Source: Schmidtea polychroa | Lineage: Eukaryota | DNA: 64,000 nt | Direction: 5' to 3' | Assembly: GCA_044892525.1 (NCBI GenBank) | Contig: CM097885.1 | Coordinates: 18,664,001-18,728,000, forward strand | Part shown: one piece after another, positions 51,105 through 64,000 of the stretch | Layout of the letters: the number at the start of each line of letters is the position of its first letter | How positions within the stretch are numbered: the stretch's first letter is position 1 | Notes under the pieces: model-generated | The model's input: the letters and a program-made list of their open reading frames with translations, nothing else | Told to the model about the DNA's origin: nothing | Database searches by the model: none | Made by a program: the position numbers and the translations under genes

Positions 51105-53606
51105 GTTATAAATATTATTCTTTTTCTTATGAAAATTATAATTGGTTTCAAAATTGTTATTAAAATAATTTTTTAAGAAATTAAATTATTTATTTTCAAT
51201 ATTTATAAAAGAAAAATATTTTTAATTTATTTGTTTAAAATGTTTTACACAAATATAAAAAAATTGAAAAAAACATTAAGATTTCATAGAGAAAATTCTA
51301 AAAAGCAACTATGGCAACTAATGTAATTAGGTTTTTCCTTTCGAAAGATTTAGAAAAACGGCATTTTAGCGTCATCAAAAGAAAAAAACAATGAAAAAAA
51401 TATTTGAATTTTCAAAGTTGACTACCTTTTGTCACTGAAAATATAAATTAAATTAAACATCTATTTAAATTCCAACGGTTTTTTTTTTGTTTTTCTTATT
51501 ACAATCCCTCTTTAATTATTCCCACTATCAACATTTCATTGCTATTTTTATACAATGCAATTAAAATGTACATTTTGTCGATCATTATTTTGTTTCTTTA
51601 CAAAATGCCAAAAATTTTCAATATAAGTTTTTTGAGAAAGTCAGGAAAAATAAATTACAAATTATCATTTCAAATCTTTTGAAATTTTTTGAAATTTTTT
51701 AATTAATATTATTATTATTTTATCTATTTTTTAATATTTTTGAAAATATATTTTAATTGACTTTAAATGATGGTAATTGATTTTTTATTATTTTTGAAGA
51801 ATTTATAATTAATTAAAAAATTGATTCTTAAAAGATAATGAATTTCTTTCTGGAATTTTTTTCATCCTCATTCGGACGTAACAGACAACGTTATGTAACA
51901 GAATATAAGCGCTGTGATTGGTTAAATTGACAGATTCCACAGAAAGAATTTTGATGAAAGAAACAGCAGCATGTTGGATGAAGATTATAACAAAATGTCA
52001 CAATTTATCCATTTATAGTAAACTTTCTGTAAATAACTTTTGTTATAGATGTGAGAATTATAAAATACTATTGCTGTGACAATCAGGTTAAATTAAACAT
52101 TTAATTTAAATAGTTAACTAATTTAATAAATAATATATTAATTAATTTAGCATTTAATAGGTATTATGTATAAATAATAATTGTAAATAATAATTAACTC
52201 TTTGATTAATTTATTTGGCTTCGTGTTTATACTATTATAATATTTTATATGACTATATGGATATAAATATTTAATTTATTAAAAAGAGAGCTTGAAGATT
52301 ATAAATCAGTAATATATCGATGTTTGTTGATACTCACGAATTTTCGGCACTGCCTTTTTCAAGTGATTTGTGAATATCAAAAAAACATCGATATATTTAC
52401 TGATTCAAAGTCAAGCTTTTTGATAAATACAATGTCAATGAAAAAGAAATCAGTGGTGAAATTTGAAAAAAAAGTTCTTGTAATAAATATTAATTGTTTA
52501 TTAAATATTAAATTAAATCTACTTGAAATATTTGAAATTATTTCGATTTTCGGATGACTTAATGATTAATATAAACATTTTAATGTTTTATTTAATGTGA
52601 TTTCTAATTACTTATTTCGCTCTAATCAGTACTGTGTAAGAAATATTGAATATTATTGATAAATTCATATGTTAATTCGTATTTTCTTTTTTAGTCTTTT
52701 TTTACACTTTTTTGTCCGTTGTTCTAATATGTTTTTTATTTGGAATGTTTAGTGCGCTTTTAATTGCGAAAGTAAAGAAAGTAATTTTAATTTAATTTTA
52801 ATAATTAAGTGAAATTCTTAGTGATAAAGAATGGTGAATATGTTAAGAGAATTTTTTGCTTTATTGAAATTCCTAGAAGTGGCCTAATTTCTTAATCTAT
52901 TTTTCTTATGTAAAAGACATGATAAATATTTTTTACTTCTTTGGCTAAATAATGCATTTTAATATTGACGATTTTTTTAATCTTGTACTATAAAGAAAAT
53001 ACATTTTTAACATGAATTTTATTTGTTTTGACGTCTGTATGAAATATTTGAATGTCATTTAGGTAATAACTGACATAATAGCTAATATGTGACCTCTTGT
53101 GTAATAATTGACCTTTGACCTCTGTTACAGTACTTGCCCTGGGATGTAATGATTTTTTCACACTATATATTTGTATTCAATGTGGTTAGATGTACTGTAT
53201 AACATTATGTATTATTGTATATTTTAATGTTAAACTTCACTATTTCAACTCTAAATTATTTTTCATTGTATTTTTTACAAACATGTAATTAGTATGCATG
53301 AGCTTTAAAATGTTAAAAAATATGGCATAGTGGCGCTTTCTATATTTTAACAAGTATATAAAAGTATTGAAAAGTCTACTCCAAGAATTGGTTTTAATGT
53401 ATCGACAAAAATAAAGACAAATAAATTGCCTGGATATATTTTCCAGATATAATGAAACGGTTAAATTTCTAGTATATGGGAATCTATGGGTGATTTAGAA
53501 AAAATATAATTTGGAAGTATGGAAAGAATGAAATATGGAAAAGTTAGTTTTTGTTAACAGTGAGTTTATTGGGTAGGGTGAATACCTCTCCCAATCATTA
53601 AGTGTT

Positions 53607-54643
53607 TAGGGTGTCAGTAAAGTCTAGAGACATGGGATAATTGAGTATTAATTGAATATGAAATTGGAATGAAATACAAAATTCAAAATTATTAATAGAT
53701 TTTTTACTTCCACAGATTAAACGTGACCTTGTCTAAGGAAGCAAGATTTGACCTGGTCTTTCTCAGTAGACTTTAAAGATCATCATATCAAAAGATAGTA
53801 GATGAATTTAATGTACATCATTGAAGGAGAACTCAAAGTGGTTTTTCAACAGTGTCGAAGGTGATTAGAAAGTTTAAGGAAACATGCAGCATCATGGACA
53901 AATCTCTTTTTGAGCGACGAAAGAAATTGTTATGTTTATAATGTCTGCAAGTTTTAAAGCAGAAAATATTTCATTTACACAATTTACAAATCTTGTATCA
54001 CTTAACAGAGAATGACCCTGATAGACGGATTGAGATGCGTAAATGGTTTTCCTAAATGACTGGATGAAAACATCAATTTCATAGAAGATTGTGTTAGATT
54101 CTGCAATGAAGCTTTTTGTGTGAATGGTGAGGTTGATATACTGCTGACAATAAAATTCGTATTTTGTTGATTATTCCAAAGAGCAAGAGTACAAAATGTT
54201 ATAGTTTGGTGTGGCTTATGGAAAAGTTAAAAAGAAAGTTAATGCTCTAACTTGAAAGTCTTGATAAAGGACTTATTGGGTGATCACGGCAGGATGGAGC
54301 TACTACCCATTTTGCTAGGAATGTAAGACATTGGTTGAATGACGATTTACCTAATTGGATTGGAATACGTGGTCATATGGAGTGGTTTCTTGGTTTACAA
54401 GACCTTAGTCTCTTGATTTCTTTTCCTGGAGCATGGGTTTTGTTGAATGATTACTCACAGATCCAATACACTTGACTCGACGAATAAGGAGTAAATTTAC
54501 CAATGTGGGTTTATTACATCAAGTTCACGAAACAATTGCGAAACGCATCAACATTTGCATTTTAAATGATGGAAATCATATTGAAGATATTATTTGAATA
54601 AAAGGATTTTTTACCCATGTGTCCAAACTTTATGGACACTCTG
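53607..54643 (+). mobile_element. Decayed Tc1/mariner element of the rosa/DD41D-like type
   Basis: ~30-bp TIRs TAGGGTGTCAGTAAAGTCTAGAGACATGGG / CCCATGTGTCCAAACTTTATGGACACTCTG. Remnant QDGATTHFARNVRHWL...WIGIRG..EW...DL..LDF. Confidence 0.8.
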
Positions 54644-57600
54644 TGTAGGATCAATGGGAAATATTGTAGGCTATTCTTATAAATTTAGAATTTCCCGTTT
54701 AGGTTAGAAAATTTTAATTTATCAAATTTCTAGGTAATTATAAAAGATTCAAATAAAAATATTATTTATTTATATAATAATAATAAAAAAATTGAAATAA
54801 TTTGATTCACTTAAACAATTTCTTATATAAATGAAAATTTTTATATTTTTAATTGCTTCTTAATTTTATAATCTTTCAAAATTTGCTTGAATAATTTTCA
54901 CCAAATTTTGAAATTTAGTGATAATTAACTTTCAGCCTAATTTGAAACTAAATTATGATTCTAGACAGTCTGGTTAAATAATTTTTTAATCTTTTATTTT
55001 AAAATATGGATTTTTTTAATAATTTTGTTTTAATTAAATCATTAATATCATCAGAATTTTTTTTCAAATTTCACCACAGATTTCTTTTCAATTGACATTG
55101 TATTTATTAAAAGGCTTGACTAAGGATCAGTGAAGATATCAAAAAAACATCGATATATTACTAATTCATAGTCAAGCTTTTTAATAAATAAATCATTAAT
55201 GTTAGTCGTATTTATATCGCATTCAATTTCTCTACTATTGTCAATCATTTTTACCTTGTAAAAATTTACACAAAAATAATAATTAAAAATACAACTTTAT
55301 TATTTTTATTACAAAACTGTTTTTTAAACAAAAATTTTCAAAAGTTTTACTGAGGCATTTTTTGGTAAATTTTAATATTGAATTTAAATATTGGCTATCA
55401 AAATTTTGTAACAATAACTTTTTAATAAAATTTAAAAAATTATAATTTAATTAGATATAATTTTACACCTTTCAATTATTATTAATTTTTTGTCATTTAA
55501 ACATTCAAATTGAATTTAGTCAAAAATGTTTGATAAGGTGTTGAATAAATTCATAAAAAAAATATTTTAAGTTGAATTAAAGTTGAAACATTTATTTTAT
55601 TTATAATATTTAAACAAAATGATTTTTTATTGAATTCAATATTTTATAATGAAATATTAATTAATAATTCAAAGGTTCAATGTTTTTTTTAAATTTAAAT
55701 ATAATAATTATAACCAATTATTATTGAATACTGGATTTCATTTTAATAACGTGAAAAGTATATATTAAAAATAATAAAAAGAAACGCATTTATAACATTT
55801 TGTCATAAATCGACAGCTTGTGGGCCATATGTGTATTTTTGGAGTCCCATAGGTGGTCGAAGATACTTAAATATCTCTGGGCCATATGTTGTATTATTTA
55901 GATATATTTTATAATATGAATTATAAATTAAAAATAATTGTAAACTTATACTTCGTGGTATTCTCATGTAACTTTGCACGAGTGAGTAAGAATAGAAAGG
56001 CGACTTCACTCGACAATAACTATTTTTATACATATGTTAGGGAGAGGTGAGAGGGGTTCTCTTACTGCCATGGCTTATTAATAATTCAAGAATATTAATA
56101 ATTCAATTCAACTCTTATTGTCAGAAGATAATATTTGTTTAAAATAATTGCAAACATGTAATAAGAAAAACGTAAAATCAAATAAATAAATTATAAATTT
56201 CTTTCCGATGTTCGTGCTTGTTGTGGCAGAATTGGTTTGAAAAAAAAGAAAAACTTTAGGCATCGAGAATTTAATAAACATTTCATTAGCTGTAATCAAA
56301 AAAATATGTCTAGGAAGGAAAGCTTTATTTCACGATTTTAAAATAAATTGCTGCAAATTTTCTGAACAGGTTTAAATTTAAAACAAACTTATTTTATTGT
56401 TATACTTGAGAAGCAATGAAAGTACTGACATGACATGACATCAAATTATATATTTTTATTTTACTTTGTTTGAATTTTCGTTCACAACATTATAAAGTGC
56501 TTTGCTTATTGATTTTTTATTTATATAGCCCAATGTCTATAAAGCCTTAGACCCCTGATAAAAAATATTATTATATACTATTATACAAATGTTTATAAAT
56601 ATTATTATTATGTGAATAAATTAATAAATTAATAACAGGAATGATATTTATTTTAAACAATAATTGAAAATAAAAGTTATTGTTATTTGTTGATAATTAA
56701 ATAAAAACATTTTTAATATCTTAAGCGCCACAAGCAATAAACCACAATGTACATCATTGTGAACAGGGATTGGCAACCCATGTGAACAAATACGTCTTAC
56801 GCATCGACTGAAAAGTATCAAAAGAAAAGATGGAATACAAGTTGATTGACACGGCCTCTTCTGACGTTATCTTACGATAGAAACACAATATGTAATTCAG
56901 GATAAATCCGTCATATGCATTTAATAAATTAAGCTAATTAATTTTAGTATATTTATTACACAGATTATATTTTAGATTTTTTTTATTGGTTAAATAAGTT
57001 AATGATTTGAAATATTGTTTAATAAAAATATTAAAAAATTTTGTTTTTGGTTTGAGTTTTTCTTATAAATATATAAGTTCTTTGTTATACGATATTTTTG
57101 AAATGCAATTTCCTTTCTTTTGTTTTTTGATTTTATATAAAATTTGAAATATTTGCAATTTTTGATGAAAACTCCAAATCTTGTGACATCAAAAAAAAAA
57201 TTCTCAAAAAAATTATTTAATTAAATTGATACAACAGTTAATAATAAATATGATGACACTATTAATGTACAAAATCGACACAAACTCGCATTAAATTTTT
57301 TATCACCTTTGATCTATTTTTATATTCTTTTAAAATGACATTACACTCAAAAACATTTTATAAATGTAATACAAATAAGTTAAATGTGTGATGTTAAATA
57401 ATACAAAACCGTGTCGAAACTTTTAATTAAAATATAATATTTCGAATTTTTGTTATTATTTAATTTTTAATTAATATTTAATCTTGTAATGGTGGTTTAT
57501 GAAATTCCTAAAATATAAATTTCGTTATAATTAAATTTAAATTTTATTTTATTTCGAATAAATTAAACATTATTTGCATAAAACATAAATTAATGTCGAT

Positions 57601-59034
57601 TGATCGCAAAGTTGACAAAGTTAAATCCACATCAAATAACGCGTTAAATAAAATAAATTTAATTAGTTTAAATATTTATTTTGATTAAATTAATTAATTA
57701 ATTATTAAATAATTGTAAATATAATATTTTTATATAAATTAATTAAAATGAATAGAGGGAAAACGGCGATATTGTCGGTTCTCCTCAACAAAGTATTTGT
57801 GTTCAAATATCTACACCCTTTCAACTTTAAATTGGGAATAAACATTTTTACATTGGGAATAATGAATTTGAAGTTGAAAATAAATAACTACAAAATGGGA
57901 AAACATAATTATAAATTAAATAAACCCGGAAAAAACCGATTTAGTATAAAATTAATAGTTAACATTAATTAATCTTAGTAAATGAAAATGACATACATCA
58001 AAAAATCAGAAGTTAAGTTTTTTGTTGGAGTAATTTAAAATTAATGTAGAGACACCGAATTGTGTGCAAAGCAATGAAAATATAAAATTTAACTCAAAAT
58101 AAAATTGACATGCAAAATTTATAGAACTAATGTTACATGAACATTAATAGTCAACATATAAATGTTTTTATGGATACCATTCATTCATAAAGAGGAAAAT
58201 TTGAAAATACATTATCAAAAATCAGTTACATTGTATTTATTACAAAAATATTTTGACTATGAATCAATAAAAATATCGATGTTTTTTTTATATTCATGAA
58301 TTTTAGGCACCGCCTTTTTCAAGTTATTTTTAAAAAATAAAAAAATCACTTTAAAAAGGCTGTGCCGAAATTTAACGAATATCAAAAAAAATCTGTATCT
58401 TTACTGATTCATAGTAAAAAAAATTTTTTAATAAATACAATGTCATTTGAAAAAAAATCAGAAGTGAAAATTGAAAAAAGTTCTTATAATAAAAATCATT
58501 TAGTTTTTTTATGAAATCAAATAAAATTAGAAAATTTGTGAATTAAATATTCCTGATCTTCAGTTGATTGAAAAATTTCCAATTTATGCAACGACCTTAT
58601 ATGAAATACAAATTTTTATGTGATTGTTAAAATAATTATTTGATCACTTGAATTTAGGATCTTACAATAAGTATGAATTTAGGGACCCCGGTTTATCTTT
58701 CACTGAATAATTTTTCTATTTGGACTACCTTACTGAAATCCTGCATGGAAATAAAAGAGATGTGCAGTATATTCTCAATAATTTCTATTTTATCTTTGCA
58801 TCTTTTATATTTGTATTTTCACAAAATTTCTGATTCATGACTTCAAATGTTGGAAAAGAATTTATTTTAAAATAATAAAATTAAAAAATTATAAAATGAT
58901 AAATTTATAATATTATTAGTTTTTAATAGTGTTTTAAGTGTTTGCTATTAGATTTGGCTTATTAATGATATAAATAACTATATGAATAGTTCTTTATTAA
59001 TTATATTTTAGATTTAAATTTAGATATCTTAATA

Positions 59035-59098
<64 letters not shown>

Positions 59099-60157
59099 TT
59101 AATTTATATATTTTATTTAAAGACAAACAGGTTTATAAAGGATTTTATAAAATTTTTATTTATAATTAAATTTTATTTAATTTTTAAAAAATAATTTTTA
59201 TTAATATAATAAATTAGTAAAATCTAAATGTTTTTGTTCTAGATATTACCATTGGTTGAAAATCGGGTATTTTTTATATTTGAAATTAAATCTGTTGATT
59301 TCATTCAGTCCCTGAACAGAATTGAAAATAGAAAAAATAAATAAATTCAATGGTAAAATCTATTATCAGAATTTTTATGTTATTTAAGTGTAGATCAGAT
59401 TCACAAAATTTTGGATTATTGTTTTTTTTAAATTTTATTTTAATAGTTTCTAGATTCAGCAAATCCTATCTTATTCCAAAGAAGATAATAAAACTTAAAG
59501 GTTTCTATCCTCACTTGATTTATGGTTAGAATAAGTTGCTTCAACTCAAATACGAACTGGAAAGCTTCTACGGAAGCTGCATTGGTAATTATAAGGAATA
59601 ACAAAAAATAACTGACCAAGACAAGAACACAACTATAGAACACAACTATTTGCTGATAAAAGCAATCAGGGGTCAAAATCACTTGAGTAAAGAATTAATA
59701 TAGAAAATATTTTGAGCGATAAAATCTTTAGTAAAAATATTACTATTGTCAGTAAGTGACAGCAATTAAGATTAGCTATTTTTACATGTTTTATCAGTCT
59801 CTGTTTTAATGAGTTAAATACTTTTTATTGTATTAATGGCGCTATTTTCTTTTTTTAAATAACACTTAACTCCGTTATATTTTAGTCAATTTATGTAATA
59901 AATTTCTGAAATAAAATATATATGATTTTGTAAAAATGATGAATTTTTGTATTTCTATTATATTATTTTAACTGATTTTTTCATTGAATTTTTCTTTCGA
60001 TGCAGAATTTACGCAAGTTTTTCAATTGTGATTAATGGAAAAAATTAAAAAACTTCTCTACATTAAAGAAATAAATAATTAAAAATTTACATATAAAAAA
60101 GAAATCACTTGAAAAAGGCAGTGCCGAAAATTCGTGAATATCAAAAAAACATCGATA

Positions 60158-61110
60158 AGCGGAAGCGTTAAGTCAGTTATTACGCAAGAAGTAAAATTAT
60201 TTATAGAAAATGAAGTCTCATTAAGTCCAGCAATTAGTTTAAAAGAGCTTAAATTAAAGACAGAAAGTCAAATTGGAACAGATTTTACAATTTCAATTTC
60301 TAGCATTAACAGATGCTTGCAGGAATTAGAAATTACAATGAAAATGGCTCATCGGGAGTTGATATCGTTAATCATCCTGATAAAATTATATTACGAAAAA
60401 ATTATGCATTGTGGTTCAATAACCATTTTAATAACGATTATTCTCGTGTAATTTTTATAGATGAATCTTCGTTTAATCTTCACCTCAAATGGTCTAGAGC
60501 AATTTTAAGAGTGCCAGATATTAGAGGCAGATCAATTTCTTTGATTGCTAGCATGTCAATCAATGGCATGTCATATTGCAAAACCATTTCAAATTCAACA
60601 GTGAATGGTGATATATTTTGTGAATATTTAACAGAGTTATGTATTTATTTGAGAGATGTTGCTCATATATCAAATGCATGCTTTATTCTAGATAATGCTA
60701 GAATTCACAAGAGAGTTGATTTGGAAAGAATTACTTCTGAGTTTAATTTTGAATTTAATTTTCTTTCACCTTATTCTTACATGCTAAACCCAATTGAAAA
60801 CGCATTTTCAAAAATTAAAAATGGGGTTAGATCACGCTTGCGCAGCGGGGTTACAGAAACACTTGCGAATATTATGCTTGAAGAAACTAATAAAGTTACA
60901 TCAAATGATTGCATTGGATTTTTTAATCATATTCAGCGAATTATTACAAATGTTGCTGCTGGATTAGAATATATACATTATTAAATATATTTTTTAATTT
61001 TTTTTAGTTATTGATTTTCTTATATTAATTATTTTTATTTCAATTAAATTTCTTTTATTTTTGAGAAAACGAAATTCATTGGCAAAAACACGAAATAGAC
61101 TGGCAAATGG
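60158..61110 (+). mobile_element. 5'-deleted IS630/Tc1-type DD34E transposon fragment (frameshift near 60360) inside a palindromic MITE copy
   Basis: IFIDES, ILDNARIH-34-E and LSPYSYMLNPIENAF in ORF 60313..60984. MITE halves flank it with a TA duplication. Confidence 0.85.
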
Positions 61111-61289
61111 TATATTTACTGATTCATAGTCAAGCTTTTTAATAAATACAATTTCAATTGAAAAGAAATCAGAGGTGGAAATTAAAAATGATTTCTTATA
61201 ATAAAAAAGAAATTGATAACATTTTCACTCATTAACATTGTAAGTTGCCACTGTAGAAACATGAAACTAATTAATACAATATATTTATT

Positions 61290-61645
61290 GAAAGCGACAC
61301 CAAATTGACCGATCATAGAAATATCTGCTCCAGCAGTCAAAGCTCTGATACCTGATCTAGTGATTGTACCAAGATTGTTGATGAGTTCATCTTTGGTCTT
61401 ACCGACTCCAGTATCGTACAATGTCAAAGTATTGGGATCTTTATTTAGAATAACTTTAATCATTAACTACTTTTGGCTATCCAAGACTGATGGGTCGGTC
61501 AAGTTCTTTTAACGAACCTTATCAAGGGCATTACTAGCATTGGAAATCAATCCTCTAAGGAATATTTATTTGTTTGAATAGAAGGTATTGAAGATCAAGC
61601 TCATCAACTGAGAGATCTCAGGTTGGAAAGCAAAGTTTTGACATT
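61290..61645 (-). pseudogene. HSP90: Hsp90 N-terminal domain pseudogene fragment
   Basis: [49 protein letters not shown]...[32 protein letters not shown], with three stops and a deletion. Confidence 0.92.
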
Positions 61646-62241
61646 TTTTAATAGATTTTATTAAGAATTAAGGGTGATGATGTTCGAAAGAAGCATGAAT
61701 CTTATTTTTATGAATATTTAAACAATCATTTTAATTTAATTAGTTTAATAATGTATTTTAAATTTAATTATGAAATTGATATATTTATTAATTTGCAAGT
61801 CAGGTACTACAGCCACAACTTTCAAGTTATTAATTTTAAACTAAATTATATCATCATCAGTATTGATTATTCAAACAAATTTATGAGACAATAATTTCAA
61901 CATCATCAAACAGAGACGTGATTAGGATTTTAAAATTCAATAGTGTTTATAAAATATCTTTTTAAAATCATTTTTATAAAGTTTGTTATCTTTTCAATTT
62001 AATTTATAAAATATTTCAATTATTTTCTATTATACTGTTTATACTCTCTTTATATGTTAAATAGTTGAATGTCAGTATATTAATTAATGTTAATAAAGTA
62101 ATAAGATATTAAATTAATTTTGGCAAATTTTACCACCTCAACTCCATGACTAAGTGCCCGACGTCAAAATAGTCCATACTTGTCAATATTGATGTTATGA
62201 TTTTGATGAATAAATCTTTTAATTAAATTCAACGATAATGA

Positions 62242-63010
62242 TTAAATTGCATCATTGATCTCATTCAAGGCTGGAGAATAATTCGGAAATGATTTAGTCT
62301 TTGTAGGCTTCAGTTTAGTATTACCCTTTAGTTTCACATTAGGCTTCGGACAGGACTTTAAACAAAACGAGTCGATATTCGTCTTCTTGTGAATCGGATC
62401 TTTAACTCGTTTGTCACTGAGAAATTTGACGATGTCTTCAACATTATCTTTAGCCTTCTGTGTCAGTTTTTGCACAAGGTTATGTGATTGAAAAACTACA
62501 ACTTCCTTATGAAAAATGCGACATTGTTTGCAAAGGATTCTAGCACAGTCATGATATTTGTTTACTCTGACTTTATCTATTAAGAAGTTTGACTATGAAT
62601 CAGTAAATATATCGATGTTTTTTTGATATATTTACTGATTCATAGTCAACCTTTTTAATAAATACAAAGAAAAAGAAATCAGTGGTGAAATTTGAAAAAA
62701 TGAATTTATACAAAGTATGCATTTAGTATCAAATTCTTCTGATTCGTCTTTAAGTTTTGAATCTAGTTTTACGCAAAGATGATTCACAGTTAACGATTGA
62801 GAATTTGAAAGAACTATTGTAAATTCACATTTCGGACATTTTATTTGACTGTAATCCAACAATTCCTTATTTATTTCAAGAATACAATTTTTATCAAAAA
62901 CATGTAAACATGGTAATAATATTGACTCGCTCAAACGACTCCCATATATTTCACACAACGGTGAAATTCCTGGTGAATCTTCTAAATGAATCTTTTTTAG
63001 CAGCGGAACA
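62242..63010 (-). pseudogene. TRIM-like RING + B-box gene, degenerate and interrupted by a MITE (62578-62700)
   Basis: RING-like CEIY..LPCLHVFDKNC...CPKC. B-box CILC|..DCARILCKQCRIFH...H. Second B-box remnant DPIHKK..DSFCLKSC. Both ORF pieces are in the same frame. Confidence 0.65.
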
Positions 63011-63688
63011 CTATTTTATATTCTTAGCAAATGCGGAGCTTCAATATTAAAAATTAGTTTAAAATAATAAATATTCACACTGCATACTTTTATCTTTTAT
63101 ACCAGGATAAACTGAATTTAAAAATAAAAGTTTAATAAAGAAAGAGAGCACTTCAATAAGAGCAATGAGTTTACCTTAAGAATTAAAGGTTTTCAATCTT
63201 TAAAAATCCTTAAAATTTAAATTATACATTGCTTGAAAATCTGGTGTTATTGGTGATAATTGCAATCTCAAATCATATTCAGAATTTAATCTGCTCCTGT
63301 ATTTTGTTTTTGCTTCACAGTATTACGAAAATCCTGATCCAAATTTTTAAGTGGCCCTTTCAAATTTGCCAGGAGCCCTTGAACATCGTCGAGTACACAT
63401 TGAAAACAACTGTTCTAAATTGTTTCCATTTATTATTAGCATTAAATCGAATATTTCCTTATAATTAATTATTTAAAAAAAAGCAATTTAGATTGAATTA
63501 GATTGAATTACAATTCTACCTGACTGTGCCATTGAGTCTGTCGAAATATATTGTAGTTAAATATACATATTGAATTTTTCGTTTTTACTTATATTTAAAT
63601 CGATACCATTATGTAGTGACTGTTATAATAATAATAATTATTATTATTACTTTAATTATTATTATTACTATTATTATTATTGTTATTA

Positions 63689-63777
<89 letters not shown>

Positions 63778-64000
63778 AAGTGATGATTTCTTGGTAGTAG
63801 CATTAAAAAATGTTAAAAAATAAAAGGATAATTTAACTCTTTTGCTGCGAATTATATATTTAATAAAATAAAAGAATTTTCAACTATAAAATAATCCTTT
63901 TCAATTTCCTGGAATTTAGTTTTTTATTTTCCATTATTTTTAATTTTTTATTTCCTTTTTCTTCTTTGTCGTTGGTAAAAATAAATCTTTTTGAATAATT

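Overview
Very AT-rich eukaryotic (metazoan-like) DNA dominated by transposon-derived sequence. The GPCR, (AAT)n tracts and TE spectrum would fit a flatworm such as a planarian, but the host cannot be determined from this window. The main finding is a pair of related ~13-14 kb giant-palindrome (fold-back) elements with Polinton/Maverick-type ends. Element 1 (<1..12981) has two near-identical inverted arms (x pairs with 11875-x). Each arm carries only a protein-primed family B DNA polymerase gene, preceded by three small predicted spliceosomal exons, and the arms flank a 1.04-kb mini-element with its own AGTAG...CTACT termini. Element 2 (27752..41094) is an apparently non-coding fold-back with AGT...ACT termini and a perfect 6-bp TSD (CACCTA), inserted in a pogo fossil. 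It shares terminal, subterminal and promoter-like sequence with element 1. No integrase, capsid, ATPase or adenain protease gene was seen. The rest of the window holds an intronless class A GPCR, a RING/B-box gene interrupted by a MITE, an Hsp90 pseudogene, decayed mariner, Tc1, rosa, pogo, Penelope and RLE non-LTR elements, and several MITE families. All alignments were made by eye.
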